Shown here in pieces: positions 1 through 8,038 of a stretch of 64,000 bases of DNA. Every line of letters begins with the position of its first letter. Position 1 is the first letter of the stretch. This DNA is from Syntrophobacterales bacterium. GTDB taxonomy: Bacteria; Desulfobacterota; Syntrophia; Syntrophales; UBA2192. Location of the stretch: assembly GCA_018053845.1 (NCBI GenBank), contig JAGPKU010000003.1, forward strand, positions 1,091-65,090, given 5' to 3'. A model generated the notes under the pieces. The model saw nothing but the letters and a program-made list of their open reading frames with translations, had not been told where the DNA came from and ran no database searches. Both the position numbers and the translations under genes were made by a program.

Positions 1-1448
1 CGGACCTCTGGCTCCAACTGCGCCCCGGAACGGCCCAGGCCCTGGCCCTTGCCATCATCCACGTCATCTGCGAGGAGGGACTCTACGACAAAACCTTCGT
101 GGAGAAGTACACCCACGGCTTCGATGACCTGGCGCAGCATGCAAAGCAGTATACCCCGGAAAAAGTGGCCGGGATCACCTGGGTGCCCGCGGAGTCGATC
201 CGCAAGGCCGCCCGAATGTACGCCGAGGCCAAGCCCGCCGCCCTGCAGTGGGGGAACGCCATCGAACACGACATCAACGTGTTCGACGTCACCCGCTCCC
301 TGGCCTGCCTGATGGGGATCACCGGCAACCTCGAGATCCCCGGCGGGAACGTCAATGCCCGCGATCCCAAGATCATGGGCCTTGCCCAGTTTGTCCGCGC
401 CGATCTGATCCCCGACAAGCGCACGGAGATGATCAGCGCCCATTACCGCGTCATCCCGAGGCTCATGACCATCGCCCCGGCATTTTTCCGCAAGGCTGTC
501 CTGGAGGGCAAGCCCTACCCCGTTCGGGGCTACTACGGGATGTGCACCAACCCGATGGTGGCCTGGGCCGACAGCCGGCTCACCTACGAGGCGTTCAAGA
601 GCCTCGATTTCGCCGCCGTCGCGGAGATCTTCATGACGCCCACGGCCGCCATGGCCGACATCGTCTTCCCCGTTGCCCATCAGTACGAGATGAATGACAT
701 CGGCCACTACGGCATCGGCCACGGCATGATCCTCGCCCGCCCGAAGGTCGTCGACCCGCCCGGGGAATGCTGGCCCGACATGAAAATCATGAATGAGCTG
801 GGCAAGCGGGTCTCCCCGCCGGAGCTGTGGCACGAAAACCACGAGGAGTTCCTGGAGGACCTCGTGAAGCCGGCCGGGCTCACCTACAGCCAGTTCGTCG
901 AGAAGGGGTACCTGAAGGGCCCGTCGGGCAACAAATCCTATGAGGCGAAGGGCTTCCCGACACCCACCGGCAAGGTGGAACTGCGCCTGAGCACGGCCGA
1001 GAAATTCAGGCTCAAGCCGCTGCCGGAATTCACGGGGTTCCCCGAGCCCGACGACCCCGAGTACCCCCTGCTCGCCATCAGCGCCAAGAGCCGTTACTAC
1101 CTGCTGTCTTCCTACCGGTGGGTCGGGAGGCTGCGCGAGAAGAGGCCTCACCCGCTCGTGGAGATCCACCCCGACACGGCGGCGAAGTACGGCATCGGCC
1201 AGGGCGACGACGTGGTGATCGAGACGAAATACGGCTCCATCACCCAGAAGGCCCGGGTCACTGACATCATCGACCCCCGCGTGGTGAGCCCGGCCCTGGG
1301 CTGGTGGTTCCCCGAGGCATCGCCGGAGACCCAGTACGACTGGCGGAAGTCCAACTACAACATGCTGACATCGGTCGGGAAGCTGGGCAAGGAGTTCGGG
1401 ACGCCGAACATCAAGAACCTGCCCTGCCGGATCCGGAAGGCGTCGTGA
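1..1448 (+). CDS. molybdopterin-dependent oxidoreductase catalytic subunit (DMSO-reductase superfamily), 5'-truncated at window edge
   Basis: Frame 3 is open from nt 3 (DLWLQLRPGTAQALALAIIHV..) into listed ORF 99..1448, so the gene starts upstream of the window. It shows family-like blocks and a C-terminal ..HPDTAAKYGIGQGDDVVIETKYGSI.. domain. Substrate cannot be assigned by eye. Confidence 0.8.
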   Translation, partial: DLWLQLRPGTAQALALAIIHVICEEGLYDKTFVEKYTHGFDDLAQHAKQYTPEKVAGITWVPAESIRKAARMYAEAKPAALQWGNAIEHDINVFDVTRSLACLMGITGNLEIPGGNVNARDPKIMGLAQFVRADLIPDKRTEMISAHYRVIPRLMTIAPAFFRKAVLEGKPYPVRGYYGMCTNPMVAWADSRLTYEAFKSLDFAAVAEIFMTPTAAMADIVFPVAHQYEMNDIGHYGIGHGMILARPKVVDPPGECWPDMKIMNELGKRVSPPELWHENHEEFLEDLVKPAGLTYSQFVEKGYLKGPSGNKSYEAKGFPTPTGKVELRLSTAEKFRLKPLPEFTGFPEPDDPEYPLLAISAKSRYYLLSSYRWVGRLREKRPHPLVEIHPDTAAKYGIGQGDDVVIETKYGSITQKARVTDIIDPRVVSPALGWWFPEASPETQYDWRKSNYNMLTSVGKLGKEFGTPNIKNLPCRIRKAS

Positions 1449-1614
1449 TGCCGTCCGCTGTGCCCTGCCGCCGGTGGGGATGTGGGAAAAGCCCGGCGTT
1501 CTGAATTTCTGCAAAGAAGGCTCCCGCGAGGGGGTCTTTTTTGTTCGTAAAGCCGGGGGATCCGGTGTTGCGAAGGGCCGTCTCTGCGGTCCACGGGATG
1601 AAGGAGGTCGTACC

Positions 1615-2919
1615 GTGAAGAGAAACCCGAACGAGATAGACGAAGGCGAGGGCTATATCGGCTATCGGGAAGCCCTGGAACTCGTCGCGGCGGAAATGCG
1701 GCTGCTTGGGGATGAAGAACTGCCGCTCAACCTGTCTGCAGGCCGGGTCGCAGCAGTCGACGTTGCCGCGGAGGTGAGTTATCCCTCCATCGACGTGTCG
1801 CTCAAGGACGGGTTTGCGGTGAAGTCGGTGGATGTCGCCCGGGCCGAACGAGACGCCCCGGTCCGCCTCGACGTCGTCGGCGCCTCCTTTGCCGGTGTTC
1901 CGTACGAAGGCCGGATCGAGGACGGGGACGCCGTCAAGGTGTGCTCCGGCGCCCCCATCCCGGATGGGGCCGACGCGGTAGTGTCGGGCGAGTTCTGCGA
2001 AGAGGGGTCAGACGGGAAGGTGGTCGTGAGGGCGGATGCCGGTTCGGGCAGGAACATCCTGCGGGCCGGCATAGAGGTGGCGGCCGGGGCGACGATCATC
2101 CGCAGGGGGGAACGGATCTCGCCGGGTCACCTGGGACTGGCGGCGGCGGCGGGCATCAGCGCGGTCCGGGTCCGCTGCAGGCCCTGCGTGGCGATTGTCA
2201 GCATCGGCGACGAGGTCGTGGCGCCCGGCGGGACGCTGCACGCGGGTCAGCTCTACGCGAGCAATCTCGTCACCATGGAGGCGTGGCTGGCCTCCTTCGG
2301 CATTCCCTGTGTTTCGTCCATCGTGCCGGACGAAGTACCGTCCATTCAACGGGCGCTGAAAACGCATCGGCCCGGCGTGGATGCCGTCCTGACCAGCGGA
2401 GGCGCCTGGGGTAGCGAGCGCGACCTGGTCGTGAGGGCCCTGGACGGACTGGGGTGGAAACAGCGATTCCACTACGTGCGGATGGGACCGGGTAAGGGAA
2501 TCGCGTTCGGGACCCTGGAAGGCGTGCCGGTCTTCTGCCTGCCGGGCGGTCCGCTCAGCAACCAGATGGCATTTCTCCAGATTGCCCTGCCCGCGCTTCT
2601 CCGCATGGAAGGAGACACGGAGACCCCGCTTCGGGTCGTGCACGCCCGGCTGACCGAAGACGTGAAGAGCCGGCATCGGGCCTGGACGGAATTCAGGGAT
2701 GCCGTGATTTCTCTCGATGAGCGCGGGCAGTATGCCGTGGCGCCTTACCGGAACAGGAGCCGGTTGGCGGCGATTGCCGAGGCGGGCGGGCTGCTCTGCA
2801 TCCCGGAAGGGTCGGAGGGATTGCGCTGCGGCGACGTGGTGCCGGTGCAGCTGCTATTAAGAAACGGCCCCCTGGTTTCCCCTCCCTCGACGGGAGGGGA
2901 TGAAGGGGAGGGTGAATGA
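1615..2919 (+). CDS. moeA: molybdopterin molybdenumtransferase MoeA
   Basis: Lies in ORF 1474..2919. GTG at 1615 was chosen as start because AAGGAGG sits at 1601-1607. MoeA-like blocks are present (..SLKDGFAV.., ..LTSGGAWGSERD..). The last ~20 codons run through a GC hairpin at 2878-2898. Confidence 0.85.
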   Translation: MKRNPNEIDEGEGYIGYREALELVAAEMRLLGDEELPLNLSAGRVAAVDVAAEVSYPSIDVSLKDGFAVKSVDVARAERDAPVRLDVVGASFAGVPYEGRIEDGDAVKVCSGAPIPDGADAVVSGEFCEEGSDGKVVVRADAGSGRNILRAGIEVAAGATIIRRGERISPGHLGLAAAAGISAVRVRCRPCVAIVSIGDEVVAPGGTLHAGQLYASNLVTMEAWLASFGIPCVSSIVPDEVPSIQRALKTHRPGVDAVLTSGGAWGSERDLVVRALDGLGWKQRFHYVRMGPGKGIAFGTLEGVPVFCLPGGPLSNQMAFLQIALPALLRMEGDTETPLRVVHARLTEDVKSRHRAWTEFRDAVISLDERGQYAVAPYRNRSRLAAIAEAGGLLCIPEGSEGLRCGDVVPVQLLLRNGPLVSPPSTGGDEGEGE

Positions 2920-3035
2920 TTCCAGGACCCCTCACTGTGCAACCCGGATCATCGTTTACAGTTTAATCCGGGCACATGGTTCACAATTTAGGGCGTGGAT
3001 GGTGGCCGCGCACCGGCAGAACCGGGCGGCGGGTC

Positions 3036-3593
3036 TCAGTGCGATCCGGCTTTGTTCAGCAGGGCCGTCGCGGGTTTGCAGCCCAGGTTTTTCGCGCGGA
3101 TCAGATCGGCGATGGCCCGCGCGGAGGCCGGGTCGAGTCTTGCGCGGGTGATGCCGCGATTGTACCAGGCCAGGGCGAAATCGGGCTTCAGCCGGATCGC
3201 CATGCCGAAATCGCGGATGGCCGCCTGGTAATTGCCGCACTGGGCGCGGGACGCGCCCCTGGCGTTGTAGACCTCGGCGACGGCGAGGCCCGACCGGATG
3301 GCCCGGGTGTAATCGCGCGCCGCTTCCTCGAAGTCCTTCATCTCCTGGCGGCTGAGGCCTCTAAAGTAATACGCCTCCGCGTAATCCGGCTTCAGTTCGA
3401 TCGCCCTGTCGAACGCCTCGATCGCCATGCTGTGATGCCCCAGGACGGCCAGGACGTTTCCCCGGAGATTGTAGGCCTCTGCCAGGTCCGGGCTCGCATC
3501 CAGGATCAGGTTTGACAGGGTCAGTGCTTTGCCGTGGTCTCCCGTATCCAGGGCGGACCAACCCATCTCCAGAAGCCGATCATCCTTCTCCAT
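3036..3593 (-). CDS. tetratricopeptide-repeat (TPR) protein
   Basis: Lies in ORF 3036..3659, with start taken at MEKDD. Repeated 34-aa TPR-like units are visible (..AEAYNLRGNVL..AIEAFDRAIELKPDYAEAYYFRG..). Confidence 0.75.
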   Translation of the reverse strand: MEKDDRLLEMGWSALDTGDHGKALTLSNLILDASPDLAEAYNLRGNVLAVLGHHSMAIEAFDRAIELKPDYAEAYYFRGLSRQEMKDFEEAARDYTRAIRSGLAVAEVYNARGASRAQCGNYQAAIRDFGMAIRLKPDFALAWYNRGITRARLDPASARAIADLIRAKNLGCKPATALLNKAGSH

Positions 3594-3662
3594 GCCCGTC
3601 CTCGAATCCCTCTGCCGGCGCCCCATGCCGGCTCCGGTTCTGTGGCCTCTCCGCCGCACATA

Positions 3663-4226
3663 TCACAGATACGGCGTCTCGCCCCCGCATGCCCGGCATC
3701 GCTCGCCGTCGCGCACCGGGTAGGCCTCGCCGCATTGCGGGCAAGCGGCGACAGGCCCCATCTTCTTGCGTCTCACCGCGTCCGGCCGGACGCGGACATG
3801 CTGGACGCTCAGCAGCTTCTCCCCCGCCTCCTTGATCTCTTCGAGCAGCCGCTCCGGGTCCTGTTCCTTCTTGGGTTTCAGCTTGAAAAACCATGACTTC
3901 ACTTCCGGCCAGGAGTCCATCTTCGCCGGGTCGAGGTAGACCCGCACCCCCTCGCCGCCGTATTTTTCGTAGAAGGTGATGGCGAAGCGGCCGAAGGGCA
4001 GCACCGTGAGCCAGCCGTTTCCGATCGTGCAGGGGGTGAGAAGCTGCACGGAGTCGGGAAGACACACGGGCGTTTCGCAGATCGCATCGAAGAACTCCCC
4101 CTCCGGCAGCGATTTGAGCGCCAGGTCGACCATGAAGCCGCCGATCACGAGGCCCGGCGCGAGGCTGCCGTGGAAGGATTTCACCAGGTGGAGGTACTCG
4201 TCGTAGGAATAGTTTCCGATTTTCAT
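3663..4226 (-). CDS. FmdE/FwdE-family protein with C-terminal CxxC..CxxC zinc ribbon
   Basis: Lies in ORF 3663..4325, with start taken at MKIGNYSYDEY (ATG at 4226). It has an FmdE-like core (..HGSLAPGLVIGGFMV..) and a tail CPQCGE..CRACGG. It is last-but-one gene of the mod operon direction. Confidence 0.7.
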   Translation of the reverse strand: MKIGNYSYDEYLHLVKSFHGSLAPGLVIGGFMVDLALKSLPEGEFFDAICETPVCLPDSVQLLTPCTIGNGWLTVLPFGRFAITFYEKYGGEGVRVYLDPAKMDSWPEVKSWFFKLKPKKEQDPERLLEEIKEAGEKLLSVQHVRVRPDAVRRKKMGPVAACPQCGEAYPVRDGERCRACGGETPYL

Positions 4227-4237
4227 GAGGATGTCCT

Positions 4238-4951
4238 TTAATAGGCCAGGGCCAGCTTGGTGGTCCTGGCGGCTTTTGTTTTTTCGTCCGCTCCGGAGGA
4301 CGGTGCCAGGATCCGCTCCAGCCATTCCCGGTCCACCTCGCCCGCAACGATCGGCAGGACCGTGTTGCCGATGAAAAGGGCCTCCGTGACGTCATGGGTG
4401 ACGTAAACCACGGGGAATGTCCGTTTCTCCGTGATTTTTTTCAGCTCGTTGCGGAGAATCCGCCTTGTGACCACGTCGAGCGCGGAGAAGGGCTCATCCA
4501 TGAGCAGCAGATGAGGATTCCGGGCCAGTGCCTGGCAGACGGCGCACCGCTGCCTCTCGCCTCCCGAAACCTGGTGGGGTCTGCGGTCGCGCAGGGCCGA
4601 CAGCCCGAAGACGCCCATGAGCGCCTCCACCTCCCTGCGGTCCTGCGCCGCGAAGGCCGCGTTGCCGTAAAGCGTCAGGTGCGGGAAGAGAGAGTAGTCC
4701 TGGAAGACGTATCCGAGCTTCCGTTTCTGCGGGGGAAGGTTCACACCCCGAGCCGAATCGAAGTAGACCCGGTCCCGATACAGGATCTTTCCTTCGTCGG
4801 GCGTTTCGAGGCCTGCGAGCATCCGGATGATCGTCGTCTTTCCGGAGCCGGAGGGCCCGATGAGGGCGAGCGTCTCGCCGTCGGGGCAGGAAAGCTCCGC
4901 GTCGATGGTGAAGAACTTTGTTTTCTTTTTCAGTACGGCCGTAAGTCCCAT
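4238..4951 (-). CDS. modC: molybdate/tungstate ABC transporter ATP-binding protein
   Basis: The true start MGLTAVL (ATG 4949-4951) lies inside the 505-aa listed ORF. Walker A GPSGSGKT, signature VSGGERQR and Walker B LLLMDEP are present. No C-terminal TOBE domain (237 aa). Confidence 0.85.
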   Translation of the reverse strand: MGLTAVLKKKTKFFTIDAELSCPDGETLALIGPSGSGKTTIIRMLAGLETPDEGKILYRDRVYFDSARGVNLPPQKRKLGYVFQDYSLFPHLTLYGNAAFAAQDRREVEALMGVFGLSALRDRRPHQVSGGERQRCAVCQALARNPHLLLMDEPFSALDVVTRRILRNELKKITEKRTFPVVYVTHDVTEALFIGNTVLPIVAGEVDREWLERILAPSSGADEKTKAARTTKLALAY

Positions 4952-4953
4952 GT

Positions 4954-5604
4954 CTATTTCCTCGTTAATCGATTGACTACCAGCAAGAAGCAGTAACTGA
5001 TCGGGATGAAGGCCAGCGACAGGGCCCAGGCCTTCTCGTATTGCATGGATTCGACGGCTTCGTAGATGGCGATCGACGCCACCCGTGTCTCCCCGGCGAT
5101 GCTGCCGCCGACCATCAGGACGACGCCGAAGGCGCCCATGGTGTGCAGGAACACGAGGATCGCCGCCGCCGCGATCCCGTTGACGCTGTTGGGGATGATG
5201 ACCCGGAAGAATGTCGCCGCGGGCGACAGGCCGAGGATATAGGCGCTTTCCTTCAGGCGGGGGTCGATTTTCTCGAAGGACGCCTTGATCGGCTGGGTGG
5301 CGAAGGGAAGGCTGTAGAAGATCGACGCGATGACAATCCCGGTGAACGTGAACAGCGGGGTCCCGCCGAAGAGGCTCTCCCATGCCATCCCCACAACCCC
5401 CCTGGGGCCCAGGGCAAAGAGCAGGTAGAACCCGATGACCGTGGGGGGCAGGGCGATGGGGAGATTGACGAGGGCCTCGACAAAGGACTTGCCGGGCCAG
5501 GAAACATTCGTCAGCAGCCAGGCCAGCGGCGCCGCGATCATGATCAGGATCAACGTAGCGATCGTTGCCAGTTTCGCCGAGAGGTAGAGGGGCAGCAGTT
5601 CCAT
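4954..5604 (-). CDS. modB: molybdate/tungstate ABC transporter permease
   Basis: 216-aa polytopic membrane ORF with ModB-like N-terminus (..LSAKLATIATLILIMIAAPLAWLL..), abutting modC and modA. Confidence 0.85.
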   Translation of the reverse strand: MELLPLYLSAKLATIATLILIMIAAPLAWLLTNVSWPGKSFVEALVNLPIALPPTVIGFYLLFALGPRGVVGMAWESLFGGTPLFTFTGIVIASIFYSLPFATQPIKASFEKIDPRLKESAYILGLSPAATFFRVIIPNSVNGIAAAAILVFLHTMGAFGVVLMVGGSIAGETRVASIAIYEAVESMQYEKAWALSLAFIPISYCFLLVVNRLTRK

Positions 5605-6399
5605 CTAGAAGTAGCCGTACCGTTTCTTGATTTCCAGCGCCTTCGGGGAATCGAGGTATTTCAGCAGTCGGGAGGCGTCGCTCCGGGCAGCCGTCCGGGT
5701 CAGGACGCAGGCGGCCTGCGGGATAGGCGGCGCCTCGTCGATCACGAAGTGGCACCCCTTGCCTCCCTGCTCCGACAGGGCCGAGGAGAGGGCGCAGAAG
5801 GAGCCGTCCGTCCCGCCCGACATGGCGTACTGAAAGGACTGTCCCACGTTCTGGGCGACGACGATGCGGTCCCGGATCTCGTCCCAGAGGCCGGCTTTCT
5901 TCAGGGCCGTCTCTGCCGCTGCGCCGTAGGGGGCCGTGACGGGGTTGGCGATGGCGATTTTTTTCACTCCCTTTCGCGTGGTTGCTTCCTGCCAGGTTTT
6001 CGCGCCGCAGAAATCCTTGCCGCTCCCCCAGAGGACGACCCGCCCGGTCGCGTATAATATGGGATTTTCCACCAGGCCCTTTTCGAAAAGCGACAGAGGT
6101 GTTTTCACGTCGGCCGACAGGAACACGTCATAGGGCGCTCCGTTGACGATCTGGCCATAGAAGTTGCCCGTCGAGGAATAGGTCGGCTCGACACGGATCT
6201 TCGTCTCCGCCTCGAAGGCGGCGGCGATCTCCTTGAAGGGGATCATGAAGTTCGCCGCCACGGCGGCCTTCAGGCTCTCCGCCGCGTCCGACGGGACCGG
6301 GCAGAGGATGACGAGGGCGGCGGCGCAGATCACGACAGCCCTGTGCAGCGGGGGAAGTGTCCTCCTCGAAAAGATCCGAAACCGGGTTGTGTTCATCAT
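5605..6399 (-). CDS. modA: periplasmic molybdate-binding protein
   Basis: Signal peptide followed by ModA-like blocks (..AAVAANFMIPFKEIAAAFE.., ..APYDVFLSAD..). First gene of modABC. Confidence 0.8.
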   Translation of the reverse strand: MMNTTRFRIFSRRTLPPLHRAVVICAAALVILCPVPSDAAESLKAAVAANFMIPFKEIAAAFEAETKIRVEPTYSSTGNFYGQIVNGAPYDVFLSADVKTPLSLFEKGLVENPILYATGRVVLWGSGKDFCGAKTWQEATTRKGVKKIAIANPVTAPYGAAAETALKKAGLWDEIRDRIVVAQNVGQSFQYAMSGGTDGSFCALSSALSEQGGKGCHFVIDEAPPIPQAACVLTRTAARSDASRLLKYLDSPKALEIKKRYGYF

Positions 6400-6498
6400 C
6401 GGGTTTTGCTCCTTTCAGACCCGCTTCAGCCGGTAAAACAGGGGCAGGTTATGTTATTGCTAGCATGAGGACGGGCAAAAAAAGAGGCATTGCCCGCC

Positions 6499-6542
6499 CC
6501 TTCGGGGAAAGGCCCGTCCGCAAATGGGCCTTTCCCCGAAGG
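6499..6542 (-). terminator. perfect 17-bp stem hairpin between fdnI and modA
   Basis: CCTTCGGGGAAAGGCCC (6499-6515) pairs with GGGCCTTTCCCCGAAGG (6526-6542) around a 10-nt loop, 8 nt after the fdnI stop. On the sense strand a T7 run follows about 12 nt later. Confidence 0.6.
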
Positions 6543-6550
6543 ATGGCGTC

Positions 6551-7225
6551 TTATCCGTGTCCGTGGGCTGCCGGTTTCTTCTCTTCCCCGTAGACGACGA
6601 GGGTACCGTGGTGCTCCATCTCGCGGAGCCACTTGGGGTGCTGCTTCTTGACCCAGCCGCGGGTCACCCAGCCCGTGATCATGGCCTGGAACGAGCCGGG
6701 GTTGCCGATTGTCCCGAGATAGACGTGGACGAAAAAGAAGGCAAAGAGGGTCACGAACCCCACGGCGTGCAGCGTGTACATCCAGCGGGTGAGCGCCATG
6801 GGCAGGATCTGGAACATCATCAAAAGCCCCGTCACCAGCATCATGGGACCGCAGAGCGCCACGGCGATGAAGAACATCTTCTGACCCGGGTTGTACTTGC
6901 CGCTCTCAGGCGGGTGCTCCACGTGCCAGAGGTAGCCCCCGGCGCACTTGACCCACTCGAGATCGTCGGGCATTTCGATCACCCCCGCCTCCTTCCACCA
7001 CATGGAGATGGCGAAGATCAGCGAGAAGCCGAACACGAGGCCCGTCAGGTTGTGGATGTATTTCAGATTTTTCATCCCTCCCACGATCGTCCCGATGATG
7101 TTCAGCGACTTGAACATCATCCCCAGCCCCGTGAGGAAGAGGATGATGCAGGAGATCGCCATCACCCAGTGGACGATCCGCTCAAAGGCATCCGTTGCTT
7201 GAATCATTCCGGGTTTCATGGTCAT
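6551..7225 (-). CDS. fdnI: formate dehydrogenase cytochrome b556 (gamma) subunit
   Basis: 224 aa with four predicted TM helices and an FdnI/FdoI-like start (..FERIVHWVMAISCIILFLTGLGMMF..). Overlaps the fdnH stop. Confidence 0.8.
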   Translation of the reverse strand: MTMKPGMIQATDAFERIVHWVMAISCIILFLTGLGMMFKSLNIIGTIVGGMKNLKYIHNLTGLVFGFSLIFAISMWWKEAGVIEMPDDLEWVKCAGGYLWHVEHPPESGKYNPGQKMFFIAVALCGPMMLVTGLLMMFQILPMALTRWMYTLHAVGFVTLFAFFFVHVYLGTIGNPGSFQAMITGWVTRGWVKKQHPKWLREMEHHGTLVVYGEEKKPAAHGHG

Positions 7226-8028
7226 TCACCCCCTTCCTTCTTGCCTGCCTCGGCATCGTCGTAGGGCAGCTTGGGCCCCTTGATCAGGTAGTGCAAAAAC
7301 GAGCCCGCCAGGATGCCCCCCGCCGCCAGCAGGGAAACGGGCTTGAGGAAGTCCTTCCAGACGAGAATGGACAGCGGCACCGAGGGGCTCTTGGGCAGCG
7401 CGTCGTAGACTTCCGGCTTCTCGCTCAGGACGTAGAGCACGTGGGTGCCCCCGACGAACTGATCGCCGTAAACGTTGGCATCCCCGCCCAACTGCTGCAC
7501 GCGCTTTGCAGCGGCCTTGAGCATCGTGTCTTTGCGGCCTATCGTCAGGGCGCCCGTCGGGCAGGACAGCACGCAGGCGGGTTGCCGGCCCGCTTGGAGC
7601 CGGGTCTCGCAGAGGTCGCACTTGGTGATCCGGTCCTTCTCCCCGTCGTACTTGGGGACTTCGAAGGGGCAGGCCGCCACACAGTTCTTGCAGCCGATGC
7701 AGAGGTCCTGGTTGAGACCCACCGTCCCGAAGCCCTTGTTGTAGTAGAGGGCGCCCGAGGGGCAGACCTTCACGCAGGCCGCATCGGTGCAGTGCATGCA
7801 CCCGTCCTTCCGGAAGAGCCACTTGAGATTCCCCTTCGAATCCACGTGCTCTTGGAAGCGGATGAGCGTCCACGTGTTCCACTGCAGATCAGGGGGGTTC
7901 TGGTAGCTGCCGAAGTTGCGCGTTCTCTTTCCCGGCATTTCGTTCCACTGCTTGCACGCGACCTGGCAGCCGCGGCAGGCCGTGCATTTCGTCGTATCGA
8001 TCAGCTTTACGATCTCCGTAGCCTGCAT
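7222..8028 (-). CDS. fdnH: formate dehydrogenase iron-sulfur (beta) subunit
   Basis: Multiple CxxCxxCxxxC ferredoxin motifs (CTACRGCQVAC, CMHCTDAAC, CIGCKNCVAAC) and a C-terminal TM anchor. Confidence 0.85.
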   Translation of the reverse strand: MQATEIVKLIDTTKCTACRGCQVACKQWNEMPGKRTRNFGSYQNPPDLQWNTWTLIRFQEHVDSKGNLKWLFRKDGCMHCTDAACVKVCPSGALYYNKGFGTVGLNQDLCIGCKNCVAACPFEVPKYDGEKDRITKCDLCETRLQAGRQPACVLSCPTGALTIGRKDTMLKAAAKRVQQLGGDANVYGDQFVGGTHVLYVLSEKPEVYDALPKSPSVPLSILVWKDFLKPVSLLAAGGILAGSFLHYLIKGPKLPYDDAEAGKKEGGE

Positions 8029-8038
8029 AGCCTCTCTC

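Noticed and set aside
4238-5755. 505-aa ORF as a fused protein
   Set aside because: Its first ~268 residues are an out-of-frame overlap of modB and modA. The ABC ATPase starts at ATG 4951, directly after the modB stop.
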